In this document: positions 62,647-64,000 of the stretch, piece by piece | How the letters are laid out: each line of letters opens with the position of its first letter | Numbering within the stretch: the stretch's first letter is position 1 | From: a virus | Length of the DNA: 64,000 nt | IMG/VR virus record: IMGVR_UViG_3300044627_004253 | Coordinates: 2,513 to 66,512 of that record | Strand: one strand, 5' to 3' | Program-made: the position numbers and the translations under genes | Notes under the pieces: generated by a model | Told to the model about the DNA's origin: nothing | The model's database searches: none | What the model saw: the letters and a program-made list of their open reading frames with translations, nothing else

Positions 62647-64000
62647 TTATCCTGTTACAGCGAATCCTTTGAGAATTGCTTTGTATGTTCCCAGCAAACG
62701 AAAGGCAAGTGTTTGTGAAGCACTTCCTACCATGGGTCTAGTCATTGTGACACTAGTGTTCGGCACGATACTTACAATCGTTGAATTATATTTGAGTGTG
62801 CCTGAACCATTGGTTGTTAGTGGCAACGCGGAGCCTCCTAGTGTAGAAGCAACTTGAAAGGTGGTCGGAGTAGAGCCAACAACAAAATAAATTCTATTGA
62901 TTACAATCCCTGTTGTTGTCGTAATCACAGAAAAAGAAACTTCATCTCCATCACTCAATCCATGTGAGGCTAAATTTACAGTATCGCCTGCATCAGTAAA
63001 CGTAACAGCTATACCTGTTGTTAATGGGGTGTTTGTTCCTGTAACTTGCATACCAGTAGCTAATCCAGTGGTGCTAGCCATTGTGATGGTAGTTGAACCC
63101 GCTGTTGTTGTACCCGTTAATGACACTGGTGTTGGCGCTCCCCAATTATTTGTCAATGTCAATGTTCTAGTTGCCCCAACAGTAGCAGTACCCAAGTTTG
63201 CGAAAAATGTTTGAAGTTCGGTTTGGCTAAGTTTGCAATTCGTTAAGGAAAAATCGTATTTAATGTTGGTTATTGCTATGGACGCCAAAGAAGTACATGT
63301 AGCCACTGTGCTAATAAAGGCTGTAACATTGCTAGCATTTAATGCAGGCACTCTATTAAGTATATAGCAATTGCTAAACATATTAGTCATAGTTGTAACA
63401 ACGTCAGTATTAAAAGCTGGAACATATAATAAGTTCCAGCAACTAGTAAACATCGAAGACATGTCCGTAACTTTGACAGTGTTAAACAACGGAACAGTAG
63501 TCAAACTGTAACACGTAGTGAACATTGCTGACATATTAGTAACGTTCGCAGTGTTAAATAGTGGCACCTGTCTTAAGCTGTAACAGCTAGCAAACATATT
63601 GTTCATATTAGTAACGTTCGCCGTATCGAACAAATCAACACTTGCTAAACTATAGCAAGAGCTAAACATACTATTCGTTGCAGTCACAGCAGCCGTATTG
63701 AACATAGGTACGGTTATTAACTGATAGCAACTAGCAAACATCGAAGACATGTTTGTAACTTTGACGGTGTTAAACAACGGAACAGCAGTCAAACGGTAAC
63801 ACGTAGAGAACATTGCTGACATATTAGTAACGTTCGCAGTGTTAAATAGTGGCACCTGTCTTAAGCTGTAACAGCTAGCAAACATATTGTTCATATTAGT
63901 AACGTTCGCCGTATTGAACAGCGGTGGTGCCACCAAACTATAGCAAGAGCTAAACATACTATTCGTTGCAGTCACAGCAGCCGTATTGAACATAGGTACG
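62647..64000 (-). CDS. BspA/DUF285-like repeat protein (probable tail fibre/adhesin), N-terminus outside window
   Basis: 24-aa repeats PLFNTANVTNMxxMFxxCYSL, then Thr/Gly-rich beta domains. Confidence 0.75.
   Translation of the reverse strand, partial: VPMFNTAAVTATNSMFSSCYSLVAPPLFNTANVTNMNNMFASCYSLRQVPLFNTANVTNMSAMFSTCYRLTAVPLFNTVKVTNMSSMFASCYQLITVPMFNTAAVTATNSMFSSCYSLASVDLFDTANVTNMNNMFASCYSLRQVPLFNTANVTNMSAMFTTCYSLTTVPLFNTVKVTDMSSMFTSCWNLLYVPAFNTDVVTTMTNMFSNCYILNRVPALNASNVTAFISTVATCTSLASIAITNIKYDFSLTNCKLSQTELQTFFANLGTATVGATRTLTLTNNWGAPTPVSLTGTTTAGSTTITMASTTGLATGMQVTGTNTPLTTGIAVTFTDAGDTVNLASHGLSDGDEVSFSVITTTTGIVINRIYFVVGSTPTTFQVASTLGGSALPLTTNGSGTLKYNSTIVSIVPNTSVTMTRPMVGSASQTLAFRLLGTYKAILKGFAVTG
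63370..64000. repeat. 72-bp coding tandem repeat with a 288-bp higher-order period
   Basis: GCTAAACATACTATTCGTTGCAGTCACAGCAGCCGTATTGAACATAGGTACG at 63661 and 63949. Confidence 0.85.

Noticed and set aside
63370-64000. Diversity-generating retroelement TR/VR pair
   Set aside because: Repeats are tandem and in frame, differences are not clearly adenine-restricted, and no reverse transcriptase is in the window.

Overview
A 64-kb segment of a large, AT-rich, tailed dsDNA bacteriophage genome (jumbo-phage-like; host not identifiable from sequence), almost all coded on the minus strand. It contains: (1) a tRNA/ncRNA cluster (tRNA-Leu UAA, tRNA-Ile2/Met CAU, tRNA-Arg UCU, two oversized tRNA-like RNAs, further stem-closed units); (2) a head/virion module (portal, lysozyme, two fragments of a split RNA polymerase beta subunit, many proteins sharing an N-terminal leader ending in K-x-A); (3) a replication/recombination block (RecQ, RecA-like, SSB-like, UDG-PolA fusion, primase, DnaB, SF2 helicase, SbcCD); (4) thyA, terminase large subunit and a BspA/DUF285-repeat protein cut by the window edge. 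Five essential genes carry inteins. The most striking observation is that in two inteins the homing endonuclease is overprinted in the +1 frame while the intein frame stays open: an apparently intact HNH in the PolA intein and a decayed LAGLIDADG in the TerL intein. Also notable: a non-splicing HNH-type insertion with a frame break in thyA, a solo RAMP/Cas7-like gene with no CRISPR array, and a 7-copy promoter-like motif GCAATAG-N10-TGTGTTATATA. All assignments come from reading motifs by eye; no searches or folding programs were run.
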